IMG/VR virus record: IMGVR_UViG_3300030580_000016
Reading direction: 5' to 3' (one strand)
DNA from: a virus
DNA: 48,115 nucleotides
The notes below the pieces were generated by a model. That model was not told the DNA's origin, did no database searches, and saw nothing but the letters and a program-made list of their open reading frames with translations. This document shows, one piece after another, positions 8,731-16,201 of the stretch. How positions within the stretch are numbered: the first letter of the stretch is position 1; each line of letters begins with the position of its first letter. Both the position numbers and the translations under genes were made by a program.

Positions 8731-8862
8731 ATGACACTTGAGACGTACGATATTGGATTCATGCGACGGATGTTAGAATGCGCCGTGAGGGCTGGTGATG
8801 TAAAAGCCGCGGAGTTCTGGCGCGCGCATATTGAACGGGAGCTATTAGATGCCAAAGAATAA
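8731..8862 (+). CDS. Possible small ORF (43 aa, MTLETYDIGFMRRMLECAV...)
   Basis: GAGG 5 nt upstream. Its stop overlaps the start of the next ORF. Translated manually; below the track cut-off. Confidence 0.4.
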   Translation: MTLETYDIGFMRRMLECAVRAGDVKAAEFWRAHIERELLDAKE

Positions 8863-9097
8863 CCCAATCCGCTCGCTAGTACACCCCGACGTGGCGCACT
8901 ACTTGGCGATCGCGGAGTCTAATAAACGCGAGTGCGATGCTATTGACGCGCTGCATGAGAAAATGGACGCGCGACGTTCTACCACCGGGATTGGCGCGGA
9001 TCGTAGGGATAAAAAGAAGTATATAGCGCCTACGCTACATGATTTAGCTGCTAATAATCCACTACTCCGTGATATGCTGCGAATGGCACAGAAATAG
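8849..9097 (+). CDS. Hypothetical early protein (82 aa)
   Basis: ORF in the track, co-directional with its neighbours. No motif recognised. Confidence 0.6.
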   Translation: MPKNNPIRSLVHPDVAHYLAIAESNKRECDAIDALHEKMDARRSTTGIGADRRDKKKYIAPTLHDLAANNPLLRDMLRMAQK

Positions 9098-9508
9098 CTA
9101 ATAATAACCCGCTAGCAATAGCGGCCCTGCGGACGGTCATGTGTCTCTTCGGGACCGAAAGCGGATTCGTTTCAAACCAAACCGTTGAAAACAAAGGGGA
9201 TGGATCGATCGGGACACACTGCCGCATGACGGCACATATAGGTGTGCGTACGATTCGATCCGTCGATCAATTACTATTAGTCTCTTAGTAGTAGTTGCTT
9301 CCTTTCTTATTAGAAAAAAAAAAAAATTAATAATAATAGAACAACAAGTAATAATAAGAGCTTAGAGCTATTAGCAAGTTAGTAGAATCGAAGTCAGCAT
9401 CGATCACCCTCCCCACCGTGGAGCGTTGACATGCGGCACGATGGACGTTTCGATCTATGTGTGACATTCTAAAGGACTTAGGTTGATCGGGCACCCGCCT
9501 TTGATCCC
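9098..9508. other. Non-coding AT-rich core flanked by GATC/TCGATC clusters; putative replication origin or regulatory hub
   Basis: 8 GATC sites lie between 9203 and 9506; 5 of them are TCGATC (9205, 9255, 9263, 9400, 9450). A13 run at 9314-9326 inside a ~100-bp A/T-rich core. GGGGATGG (9196) is mirrored by CCATCCCC (9518 and 9524). Confidence 0.45.
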
Positions 9509-9537
9509 TTGACAATCCCATCCCCATCCCCTATACT
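9509..9537 (+). promoter_or_regulatory. Sigma70-type promoter TTGACA-17-TATACT
   Basis: TTGACA at 9509-9514, exact 17-nt spacer, TATACT at 9532-9537. Lies 45 nt upstream of ATG 9582. Confidence 0.65.
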
Positions 9538-9581
9538 CTCTTTATAAGGCGTTGACGCTCCGCGCATGGAGATTATTAGTT

Positions 9582-10328
9582 ATGAAACAGGTTATTAAAG
9601 ATCGAATTGCACGTATTGATAAAGAGATTGACGAGCTTGTTGTGCAGTGTAATGCTGCGTTAGAGCGCGAGCGTGAGATGGAAGGGAAAATCTTCTTTGC
9701 TAATGCTAGTGGCTCTAAGGGATTACTTGCGCGTATACAAGCTCTTACTGAGAAAAAAGAAGAGATTACTGATAAAGCTTTGTATGGTTCAATGGCTAAG
9801 ACTAAGTTTGAGCGTGGTATGGAAGATAGACAGACTAATCTTGCTGCTGCTCAGGCTGAGGCATTGGATATTGCTAGGCAATTCGGTGAAGCTGCACTAG
9901 CTGGTGATACTGAACTAGCGAAAGAATTAAAACACAAGCTTGGGAATGCTAATAGGATTGTAGCGATCTATGAGAACTCGCTTGATAATTGGAAGAATAA
10001 AGAAGACAAGATAGTATTCAAGAAAGAAGCTGTACGGAAAACTATTCTTGAACCAACTACTGAGCGTGCGATATATCAAGTAGATAATCCACGACCTGCT
10101 GATCCTGAAGTATTGAGAGCTATTGAATTACTAAAGAATAAAGGCAAAGAATTAAAACCTGAAGCGAATAAAACAAATATCGCTATGATTACTCCTACTG
10201 AGGCTGATAAAATCAATGGGCCTACAGACGAGCATGATAAGTACAGACCAAAAGAAGATATCGCATATGATAACTCTATCTTCGAAAAGGTAGACAAACC
10301 AAAAGTAGTTATAGACTTCGGAGAATAA
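9582..10328 (+). CDS. Coiled-coil K/E-rich hypothetical protein (248 aa)
   Basis: ATG at 9582 with GGAG upstream. The track's TTG start at 9552 lies too close to the promoter. Confidence 0.75.
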   Translation: MKQVIKDRIARIDKEIDELVVQCNAALEREREMEGKIFFANASGSKGLLARIQALTEKKEEITDKALYGSMAKTKFERGMEDRQTNLAAAQAEALDIARQFGEAALAGDTELAKELKHKLGNANRIVAIYENSLDNWKNKEDKIVFKKEAVRKTILEPTTERAIYQVDNPRPADPEVLRAIELLKNKGKELKPEANKTNIAMITPTEADKINGPTDEHDKYRPKEDIAYDNSIFEKVDKPKVVIDFGE

Positions 10329-10330
10329 CA

Positions 10331-10462
10331 ATGGACCTGTTTATATTCGTAATCAAATTCGTAGTACTCGGTTGTATGTATATCAGCGCGTATATTCTAT
10401 GGTGCGTTGTAGCTAGCCTGTTCGTGGGGAAGAAGGATAATCATACCAATATACTCGGCTAA
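10331..10462 (+). CDS. Possible 43-aa single-TM peptide (MDLFIFVIKFVVLGCMYISAYILWCVVASLFVGKK...)
   Basis: GGAG 8 nt upstream. Translated manually. Confidence 0.45.
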   Translation: MDLFIFVIKFVVLGCMYISAYILWCVVASLFVGKKDNHTNILG

Positions 10463-10644
10463 TAACATGGGCGCTGTATGCCCATTCGGGGGCTTTCATA
10501 TAACAGGTGCGATTTGATCAATCGGTAATAACGCGCTGAAATACGCTGCGACCTCTATAGTCAGCCCCCTAATGGTTGTATAATACCAGCATGTGAACTC
10601 GCGCATGGCAACAAGCCTGTTACACAGTTAAAAAAGGAGATAGT

Positions 10645-11016
10645 ATGATAAAAGGAGGTTTTGTATTTCCGCTCACCTATAACGAATACTGGCGTATGGT
10701 CCAACATAATCCACGATTTTGGTATACGCAAGAGGATTATTGGGCCGAGCAACTATGGGATTCAGATTGTAATAACTGTAAACACGTAAAAAGAATTGAA
10801 TTTGACCGTAAACAAGAACAGCCCCATGTATTTGGATCGCCAGCCATTTGTGGTTTACATAATAAATATATTCGATGTTACCATCCTGGAATTCATAGTG
10901 CATTCACATGTTTTGTACATATCCGAACTGGGGAAGTAAGTCCGCATACTAACACAGCAGCCGAACAGGTAAAATTTAGACCCTTTAAAGGAGTAATAAA
11001 CCATGAGCGCGATTGA
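10645..11016 (+). CDS. Cys/His/Trp-rich hypothetical protein (123 aa)
   Basis: AAGGAG RBS. CNNC...ICGLH...CYHPGIH...CFVH suggests metal binding. Confidence 0.7.
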   Translation: MIKGGFVFPLTYNEYWRMVQHNPRFWYTQEDYWAEQLWDSDCNNCKHVKRIEFDRKQEQPHVFGSPAICGLHNKYIRCYHPGIHSAFTCFVHIRTGEVSPHTNTAAEQVKFRPFKGVINHERD

Positions 11017-11197
11017 GATTAACGACGATATCGAGCAGCTTTCTAACTTCATCCAAGCTGTTACACTACTTGCTAAAGTATTAAACCACGGCAGCGCATT
11101 TACAGATAATATAATGCCAACCAACACGGAGCAATTCTTAGAGGATGCTTCTTTAAGTCTAACCGCAGTTATGGAAATGATTACAAAAGAAATCTAA
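11003..11197 (+). CDS. Hypothetical protein (64 aa)
   Basis: Its start overlaps the end of the upstream gene. Co-directional. Confidence 0.55.
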   Translation: MSAIEINDDIEQLSNFIQAVTLLAKVLNHGSAFTDNIMPTNTEQFLEDASLSLTAVMEMITKEI

Positions 11198-11249
11198 CCA
11201 CGACCGAAGGTCTGCCTCACAAGTAGCTATTAACATAATGGAGATTGAT

Positions 11250-11375
11250 ATGAAAATAAAATCAGATAAAAACACAGCAAGATATTGCTTAGAAATAAGC
11301 TGGTTTGAGACAGCAGCGTATTTTATGGTAAAAGCGTATCTAGGGGGAGAATTAAAATGCTCCACGAATGCTTAG
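11250..11375 (+). CDS. Possible small ORF (41 aa)
   Basis: GGAG upstream of ATG 11250. Overlaps the next start. Translated manually. Confidence 0.3.
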   Translation: MKIKSDKNTARYCLEISWFETAAYFMVKAYLGGELKCSTNA

Positions 11376-11629
11376 CATGTGAGCGCGTATTCACTATGGG
11401 ACGCGATGGTAATACAGGCGTGCCTATTGATTACGCTTCAACTTATTGCACTCCAGAGTGCTATGAGCAATTTGAAGCCCAACTAAAAGCAGAAGTAGAA
11501 CGCGCTAACGCGAGCGAGCTAAATCCACACCTCGATGGCTCTGATTCTAATAGCCAATCCTCACTCGATATAAACAAAAACACAATCCGCGCGATTGTAA
11601 ACGGATTCAATTTCAAGGTGAAGCCATGA
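11357..11629 (+). CDS. Zinc-binding-like hypothetical protein (90 aa)
   Basis: GGGGGAG RBS. CLAC...YCTPEC cysteine pairs. Confidence 0.65.
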   Translation: MLHECLACERVFTMGRDGNTGVPIDYASTYCTPECYEQFEAQLKAEVERANASELNPHLDGSDSNSQSSLDINKNTIRAIVNGFNFKVKP

Positions 11630-11731
11630 CAAAACTAGAAATACTCCAAGCCTTCCGCGCATTCCCATATAAAAACCAACCAATTGCTACGAAGTATCTA
11701 CTATCTAAGAAGTAACATGGCAGATGTTTTG

Positions 11732-11798
11732 CCATCCGCACTTATAGACAAAATAGGTAATCATCAGGTTGAGATACCTGCGTGATAAGTGCGGATGG
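11732..11798. repeat. Perfect 14-bp inverted repeat (CCATCCGCACTTAT / ATAAGTGCGGATGG) with 39-nt spacer
   Basis: Arms at 11732-11745 and 11785-11798, read directly. The loop has an inner AGGTA/TACCT pair. Confidence 0.85.
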
Positions 11799-11812
11799 GA
11801 ACACAAACTAAC

Positions 11813-11968
11813 ATGGAGCAGTACATGATAATACTTCTAAATAAAGAAGGAAAAATAAATCATATATCTTGGGATAGAGAATGTAGACTACCACCTTGGG
11901 TGCTTCAAAATCGTCTAAGAGAATTTCATCGCCACTGGGTACTTTGGTGTCAAGAGGTGTTGCAATGA
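11813..11968 (+). CDS. Possible small ORF (51 aa)
   Basis: Manual translation MEQYMIILLNKEGKINHISWDRECRLPPW.... Weak RBS. Its stop overlaps the next ATG (ATGA). Confidence 0.3.
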   Translation: MEQYMIILLNKEGKINHISWDRECRLPPWVLQNRLREFHRHWVLWCQEVLQ

Positions 11969-12087
11969 ATCTCGAACGAGCACGCGCACAACTCGATTCA
12001 CTGTGCAGAACTGAACCGAAGGTTCCTACACAGCTAACCGGGATACAAAAGCAAGCAGCAGCCAATTCGAAACAAAAGGGAGAATAA
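11965..12087 (+). CDS. Possible small ORF (40 aa, MNLERARAQLDSLC...)
   Basis: In-frame internal ATG of track ORF 11896..12087, coupled to the upstream stop. Confidence 0.3.
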   Translation: MNLERARAQLDSLCRTEPKVPTQLTGIQKQAAANSKQKGE

Positions 12088-12088
12088 T

Positions 12089-12283
12089 ATGTTTAAAGTA
12101 GAAAAAGTAATAACCTACAACGTGATGAACTATAAAACCTATTCGCGAGTATCTGAGGGGCATACGGATGAGAATACCGCGCTCAAGATAGTAGATGCTT
12201 TAAATGCTTTGGAGCTTTCTACCGACGAGAAAATCAAACGCCTTGAAGCAGAACTTGAAGAGGCAAAGAAAGTCACATTCTAG
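12089..12283 (+). CDS. Hypothetical protein (64 aa)
   Basis: GGGAG RBS. C-terminal coiled-coil-like KIKRLEAELEEAKK. Confidence 0.65.
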   Translation: MFKVEKVITYNVMNYKTYSRVSEGHTDENTALKIVDALNALELSTDEKIKRLEAELEEAKKVTF

Positions 12284-12295
12284 CATAAAAATGCC

Positions 12296-12324
12296 TTGAC
12301 AACTGCCCCTTGGTTTGGTACACT
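12296..12324 (+). promoter_or_regulatory. Sigma70-type promoter TTGACA-17-TACACT
   Basis: TTGACA at 12296-12301, 17-nt spacer, TACACT at 12319-12324. A hairpin CGATACA...TGTATCG follows at 12338-12362 in the predicted 5' UTR. Confidence 0.7.
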
Positions 12325-12444
12325 AAGGGTCGGTCGTCGATACATTACATGCATGTGTATCGGTTACTAGAATCAAAAACACTAACTCGTAGCTATGCTA
12401 CCATAACAATATACTAGCTACTTGCTAGTAGGGAGATCAACTAA

Positions 12445-12969
12445 ATGTCTACTACTGCCGTTATTCCTTCGCCTAATTCCGTCGCCGCCCTTCCTGTCAA
12501 GAACGAGAATGTTAACTTCGCCGTCGTGGTAAAGTTGGATGAGCAGAGCAAGATTACTGCCGTGCGTCATACTTCCAGCGAGAAGGACATTGCAACTCTC
12601 GAATCTCCCGAGTACAAGGGCACGGAGACTATTGCGTTCAAGCAGACAGTAATCAAGCCGTCCGCTGGCACTCTCGAAGGCTTCGAGCAGCTTATTCCTG
12701 ATGCGGATGAGCGCCTGTCTATTATCAACAAGGGACTCAGCGCGAAGTTCAATCAGAAGATTCGCACAACGCTGATCGAGCAGGATGAGGCGGGTAATCT
12801 TGCATTCCAGCCAGTAGAGCCAACGTACGATGGTACTCCGCTAGTTCAGGCTGCTAGCGAGCGCGTTTCCGCATCTCCTACGGACAAGGCTATCAAGATG
12901 CTTGGTTCGCTTTCGCCCGAAATGCTCCAGCAGATTCTTGCACAGTTCGCTGCTATCAATCAGGGATAA
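12445..12969 (+). CDS. Hypothetical protein (174 aa) in a stand-alone promoter-to-terminator unit
   Basis: GGGAG RBS. Flanked by consensus promoter 12296 and terminator 13042. No motif recognised. Confidence 0.85.
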   Translation: MSTTAVIPSPNSVAALPVKNENVNFAVVVKLDEQSKITAVRHTSSEKDIATLESPEYKGTETIAFKQTVIKPSAGTLEGFEQLIPDADERLSIINKGLSAKFNQKIRTTLIEQDEAGNLAFQPVEPTYDGTPLVQAASERVSASPTDKAIKMLGSLSPEMLQQILAQFAAINQG

Positions 12970-13041
12970 CTTGCCCGAAGGGCTGTTACACAATTAACGT
13001 TTTACGCATGAGCTACTTGATCCAATTCGGTTAATACCCCC

Positions 13042-13077
13042 GGCCACACTTGCTAGTAAAGAGGTGTGGCCTTTTTT
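13042..13077 (+). terminator. Rho-independent terminator
   Basis: GGCCACAC (13042-13049) pairs with GTGTGGCC (13064-13071), followed by TTTTTT (13072-13077). Confidence 0.8.
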
Positions 13078-13103
13078 AGCTCTACGGTTGTAGGAGATTA
13101 TGC

Positions 13104-13775
13104 ATGATAACATACGAATGTCCTAATTGTCGCAAGATGGCTGGAATATCTTTAGACTTAATATATTCAGAAAGATTCAAGAATTGGTCCTGCGATAATT
13201 GTTGGAAGTCTTATTCGGACAAATATCTGCGAGACCAGAGAAAGGGTGAGATGAAAGAAGTAATTGTTAATACGACCGCGAACGGAACAATTTACGAACT
13301 GAAATTCAAAACCCTCCCGCGTAAGGGATACTTCGCGGAGAATATTCAACCGATCATTAACCTAATAAAGGCAATGATCCCAGCAACCGCACGGGAATAT
13401 AACCCAAGCACATATACCTGGGGGCTTGGTGCTGAGTATTGGCCGCCGCTAAAAACCAGCATGGAGGCGCTTGGGTTTAAGATTACATTCTTAGATAAGC
13501 AACCCGCTAGTGGTCCGAAAGTGCATGTACCAACGGATTATGCTGAGAATTTCTACTACACTGCACCAACTAGCACGAAGGAGTCTACACAATCAATTGC
13601 TGCTCAACTTAGTAGTTACTTGGGTGTAGAAATAACCACCCAAGACTTATCAGACCTGAAGAAACTCTACCGCGCCAAAGCCCGCGAATATCACCCGGAT
13701 ATGGGTGGGGACGCCAAGAAGATGAGCGAGCTTAATAGACTCTGGACGCTCTACTCTAACAAGGAGGTAATGTAA
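13104..13775 (+). CDS. J-domain protein with N-terminal zinc ribbon (223 aa)
   Basis: AGGAG RBS 7 nt upstream. N-terminal CPNC...CDNC. C-terminal LKKLYRAKAREYHPDMGGDAKKMSELNRLWTLY carries the HPD tripeptide in a helix II/III J-domain context. Confidence 0.8.
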   Translation: MITYECPNCRKMAGISLDLIYSERFKNWSCDNCWKSYSDKYLRDQRKGEMKEVIVNTTANGTIYELKFKTLPRKGYFAENIQPIINLIKAMIPATAREYNPSTYTWGLGAEYWPPLKTSMEALGFKITFLDKQPASGPKVHVPTDYAENFYYTAPTSTKESTQSIAAQLSSYLGVEITTQDLSDLKKLYRAKAREYHPDMGGDAKKMSELNRLWTLYSNKEVM

Positions 13776-14017
13776 TGCGAGCACGATTTAAAAGCTACGA
13801 AGAGATGCCGGAAGTTTATAAATGCTGTACACCTCGAATAGAAGGCATACACAAACAAGCAGGGAGGGAAATAGATATAACTCCCTGCGATCGTCCTATT
13901 CGGATTGAATGTACTATTTGCGGCCTAGAAAGTATTGGCCCCGGTTATCACATAACTGGAAGAAATATCGGAATACTTCCAAACATGGTAGATATAGACG
14001 AAGGAGCAACTAACTAG
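13775..14017 (+). CDS. Hypothetical Cys-containing protein (80 aa)
   Basis: TAATG coupling to the upstream gene. CC...C...CTIC. Confidence 0.65.
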   Translation: MRARFKSYEEMPEVYKCCTPRIEGIHKQAGREIDITPCDRPIRIECTICGLESIGPGYHITGRNIGILPNMVDIDEGATN

Positions 14018-14019
14018 CC

Positions 14020-14163
14020 ATGAAACTAGGATTCGCAATAATCGCCGGTTCGATTCAGCCATACTTCATTGAAAATGGCGAGGCTGTAAAGGTAGAACTA
14101 ACCCCGATGGAAGTATTCGAGCTAGGGAGGTACGCGCGTGAAGGCACTAATAAGAAAAGATAA
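14020..14163 (+). CDS. Possible small ORF (47 aa)
   Basis: Manual translation MKLGFAIIAGSIQPYFIENGEAVKVELTPMEVFELGRYAREGTNKKR. Fills an otherwise empty gap. Confidence 0.4.
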   Translation: MKLGFAIIAGSIQPYFIENGEAVKVELTPMEVFELGRYAREGTNKKR

Positions 14164-14431
14164 AAACGGCTATTGGAAAGCGCGATTCGACGGTTATAAC
14201 GAATGGTTTATGACTTTCGAGGCCGCTGATATCTGGGTCCGTAAAACCATGAAACGCTACTATAAAGAATCAGTAGCGTTCTCGATACTCGGTGATATCG
14301 GAGTAAATCTACTAAGCTGCCGCGAGCGTGAGCTTGTTGATAAGCTTATTAAGAATAGGTGCAAAGGTATTACTAAAAAGCAGTATGGCTGGTTAAGGGG
14401 GATACATGAGCGACAGCAAAGGGAGTGGTAA
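14138..14431 (+). CDS. Hypothetical protein (97 aa, GTG start)
   Basis: GGGAGG 7 nt upstream of the GTG. Confidence 0.6.
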   Translation: MKALIRKDKNGYWKARFDGYNEWFMTFEAADIWVRKTMKRYYKESVAFSILGDIGVNLLSCRERELVDKLIKNRCKGITKKQYGWLRGIHERQQREW

Positions 14432-14609
14432 ACCTATTTACTATATTTATTATTGGTCAAAAGCCGGTTATTGGTATAAAAGTACAAGCACTTTTAATAA
14501 AGATATGGTCGAATGTTTGCGTGATAGCTATAGACGTTGTGGCTGGGCTACAGCAGTAGAAAGAGGAATATGGACATCGACCGTGAATGCAGCGTATGCA
14601 AAGAGTTAG
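14406..14609 (+). CDS. Hypothetical Tyr/Trp-rich protein (67 aa)
   Basis: GGGGGA upstream of the ATG. Overlaps its neighbours. Confidence 0.5.
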   Translation: MSDSKGSGKPIYYIYYWSKAGYWYKSTSTFNKDMVECLRDSYRRCGWATAVERGIWTSTVNAAYAKS

Positions 14610-15118
14610 CATCTTATTTCTGTCGCATGTGCTCCGCTCATTACTGCGCGGAGCATTTGTGCTTGCATCTATCAGTAGCGTGGGAATCTAATACATGGAC
14701 GAATCGTAATAAAGGAGAATGGGATGAGAGTACAGATGTACGAGAAAATGAACGAAGTGATAGCCCCACAGTATATTCACAAGAGAAGGCAGTACGAGAT
14801 TTATTACCGCATACTCCAAAACTTGTGGGCACGTATACTGAAACGCAGTTACAAGCATCGTACCAGTTTTATCTGTCTCAAGCTAGAAGAGTGCGAACTG
14901 AGTTGGAGCGGCGTGCGGTACTTATTGAGGGTGCTTTACCACGCGAATCGAAGTCTGTTATATCATTTTCAAGGGGGAATGGAAGTAGAAGTCGTAGAAA
15001 GACTTTTCCAGCATCTGCCAGTAAACACATTCAAGTATTGCAAGATAACATCAGGACAGGTACAATATCCCTCGAACAAGTAACAGCCCGCATCCGCGCT
15101 GCTAGTGCTACTAAATAG
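14570..15118 (+). CDS. Zinc-finger protein (182 aa)
   Basis: AGAGGA RBS at ATG 14570. CSVC-x9-CRMC-x3-HYC-x2-H-x2-C-x-H pattern at the N-terminus. Confidence 0.7.
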   Translation: MDIDRECSVCKELASYFCRMCSAHYCAEHLCLHLSVAWESNTWTNRNKGEWDESTDVRENERSDSPTVYSQEKAVRDLLPHTPKLVGTYTETQLQASYQFYLSQARRVRTELERRAVLIEGALPRESKSVISFSRGNGSRSRRKTFPASASKHIQVLQDNIRTGTISLEQVTARIRAASATK

Positions 15119-15160
15119 TAGTAGCAGCGTCAATGTGCGCTTTTGCGTGCAGGAAAGAGA

Positions 15161-15838
15161 ATGAATATGAACGATTTGATTAAAAAACCCGCAACATTCC
15201 GAGTAGGCGCGAAGCCTCTATCAGGACTCGCCGCGCGTAAACAAGCGGCCGCGCTTGCTACTAACGAACCAATAGAAATCCCCGCGCACGAAATGGAACA
15301 TCGCATCGGGATAGTATTTGATGATTCAGGTTCTATGGGCTCCGCGCAGATTGCAGATGCAAAAGCGGGAGTGGAGGAATTTCTTCGCAGCTGCGAAAAA
15401 GACAAAACCGCAGTAGCAATCTACCCAATGAACATGGAAGGAATCCCGCTTTGCAGTAATCTCCCAGCGGTCGCAGTATACGCACAGGGAATCTCAGCAA
15501 CAGGCGGCACACCACTAGTGCGAACTGCTAATAACATGCTGAACCAGAACAAGCTCACCCGCGCTATTATCTTCAGCGACGGCTCACCAACTGGCGATCG
15601 GGATATTGAGAAGTTGATCGCACACGGAGTACCGATTGATTGCGTATACATCCCGGATATGTATGTAGATGCAAGCGCAGAACAATTCATGCAAGAGCTT
15701 GCACGTAAGACCGACGGAATCTACTTACGATTCGAGCGTGGTAAATCTAACTTCCGTGCAGCTTTTAAGTACCTCAGTCCTGGACTCCGGTACATGCTTG
15801 CGGACAAAAGCTTCGTGAGTAAACTAGAAGGGCGTTAG
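15161..15838 (+). CDS. von Willebrand factor A (vWA) domain protein (225 aa)
   Basis: MIDAS-type DDSGSMG, then ATGGTP and FSDG motifs in the canonical order. Confidence 0.8.
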   Translation: MNMNDLIKKPATFRVGAKPLSGLAARKQAAALATNEPIEIPAHEMEHRIGIVFDDSGSMGSAQIADAKAGVEEFLRSCEKDKTAVAIYPMNMEGIPLCSNLPAVAVYAQGISATGGTPLVRTANNMLNQNKLTRAIIFSDGSPTGDRDIEKLIAHGVPIDCVYIPDMYVDASAEQFMQELARKTDGIYLRFERGKSNFRAAFKYLSPGLRYMLADKSFVSKLEGR

Positions 15839-15839
15839 T

Positions 15840-16010
15840 ATGAAACCCAACCTAATACCGGGGATGCGCACTAGAGGAATCAAGCGCGCCTCTAAAGCCG
15901 AGCATCTTAAAAAGCAGGACCGCTCGTTCTATAAAGAGCAAGCGGCGGTTAAGAAGGCCAAGCTCGAAGAAGCAAGAAGGATTAAGGCTAATAAGGAGTA
16001 TATGATATGA
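15840..16010 (+). CDS. Possible basic small protein (56 aa)
   Basis: Manual translation MKPNLIPGMRTRGIKRASKAEHLKKQDRSFYKEQAAVKKAKLEEARRIKANKEYMI. Tightly coupled to both neighbours. Confidence 0.5.
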   Translation: MKPNLIPGMRTRGIKRASKAEHLKKQDRSFYKEQAAVKKAKLEEARRIKANKEYMI

Positions 16011-16201
16011 CAACACATGATAGAACTATAGCGCTATGCGACGAACTTTCGAAGATTTGTGATATTCTCATAGACCTAATTGGCCATGTAGAAAAGCTCA
16101 AATCCGAACAAGAAGAACTCCAAAAGCAAGCAGCCGAGCACGAGCAAGCAATTGTAGCTTTGAAAGAGAAGTTATTCTACGCCGGGATTGGTGATGATTA
16201 A
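16007..16201 (+). CDS. Hypothetical coiled-coil protein (64 aa)
   Basis: AAGGAG RBS. ATGA-type overlaps with both neighbours. Confidence 0.6.
   Translation: MTTHDRTIALCDELSKICDILIDLIGHVEKLKSEQEELQKQAAEHEQAIVALKEKLFYAGIGDD

Noticed and set aside
9250-9270. GATTCGATCC, reminiscent of a tRNA T-arm (GGTTCGAATCC)
   Set aside because: No complementary T-stem, acceptor stem or anticodon arm could be built around it. It is one of the TCGATC repeats.
9203-9506. TCGATC repeats as a CRISPR-like or tandem-repeat array
   Set aside because: The units are only 6 bp, irregularly spaced and in both flanks of an AT-rich core. There is no repeat-spacer periodicity.
9327-9527. 66-aa minus-strand ORF inside the ori-like region
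   Set aside because: It is antisense to the flanking transcription and overlaps the consensus plus-strand promoter. Its C-terminus (…SSYYYLLFYYY) is just the translated AT-rich repeat.
9552-9581. TTG start at 9552 for the 258-aa version of the coiled-coil gene
   Set aside because: It lies only about 10 nt beyond the predicted transcription start and has no RBS. ATG 9582 has GGAG upstream.
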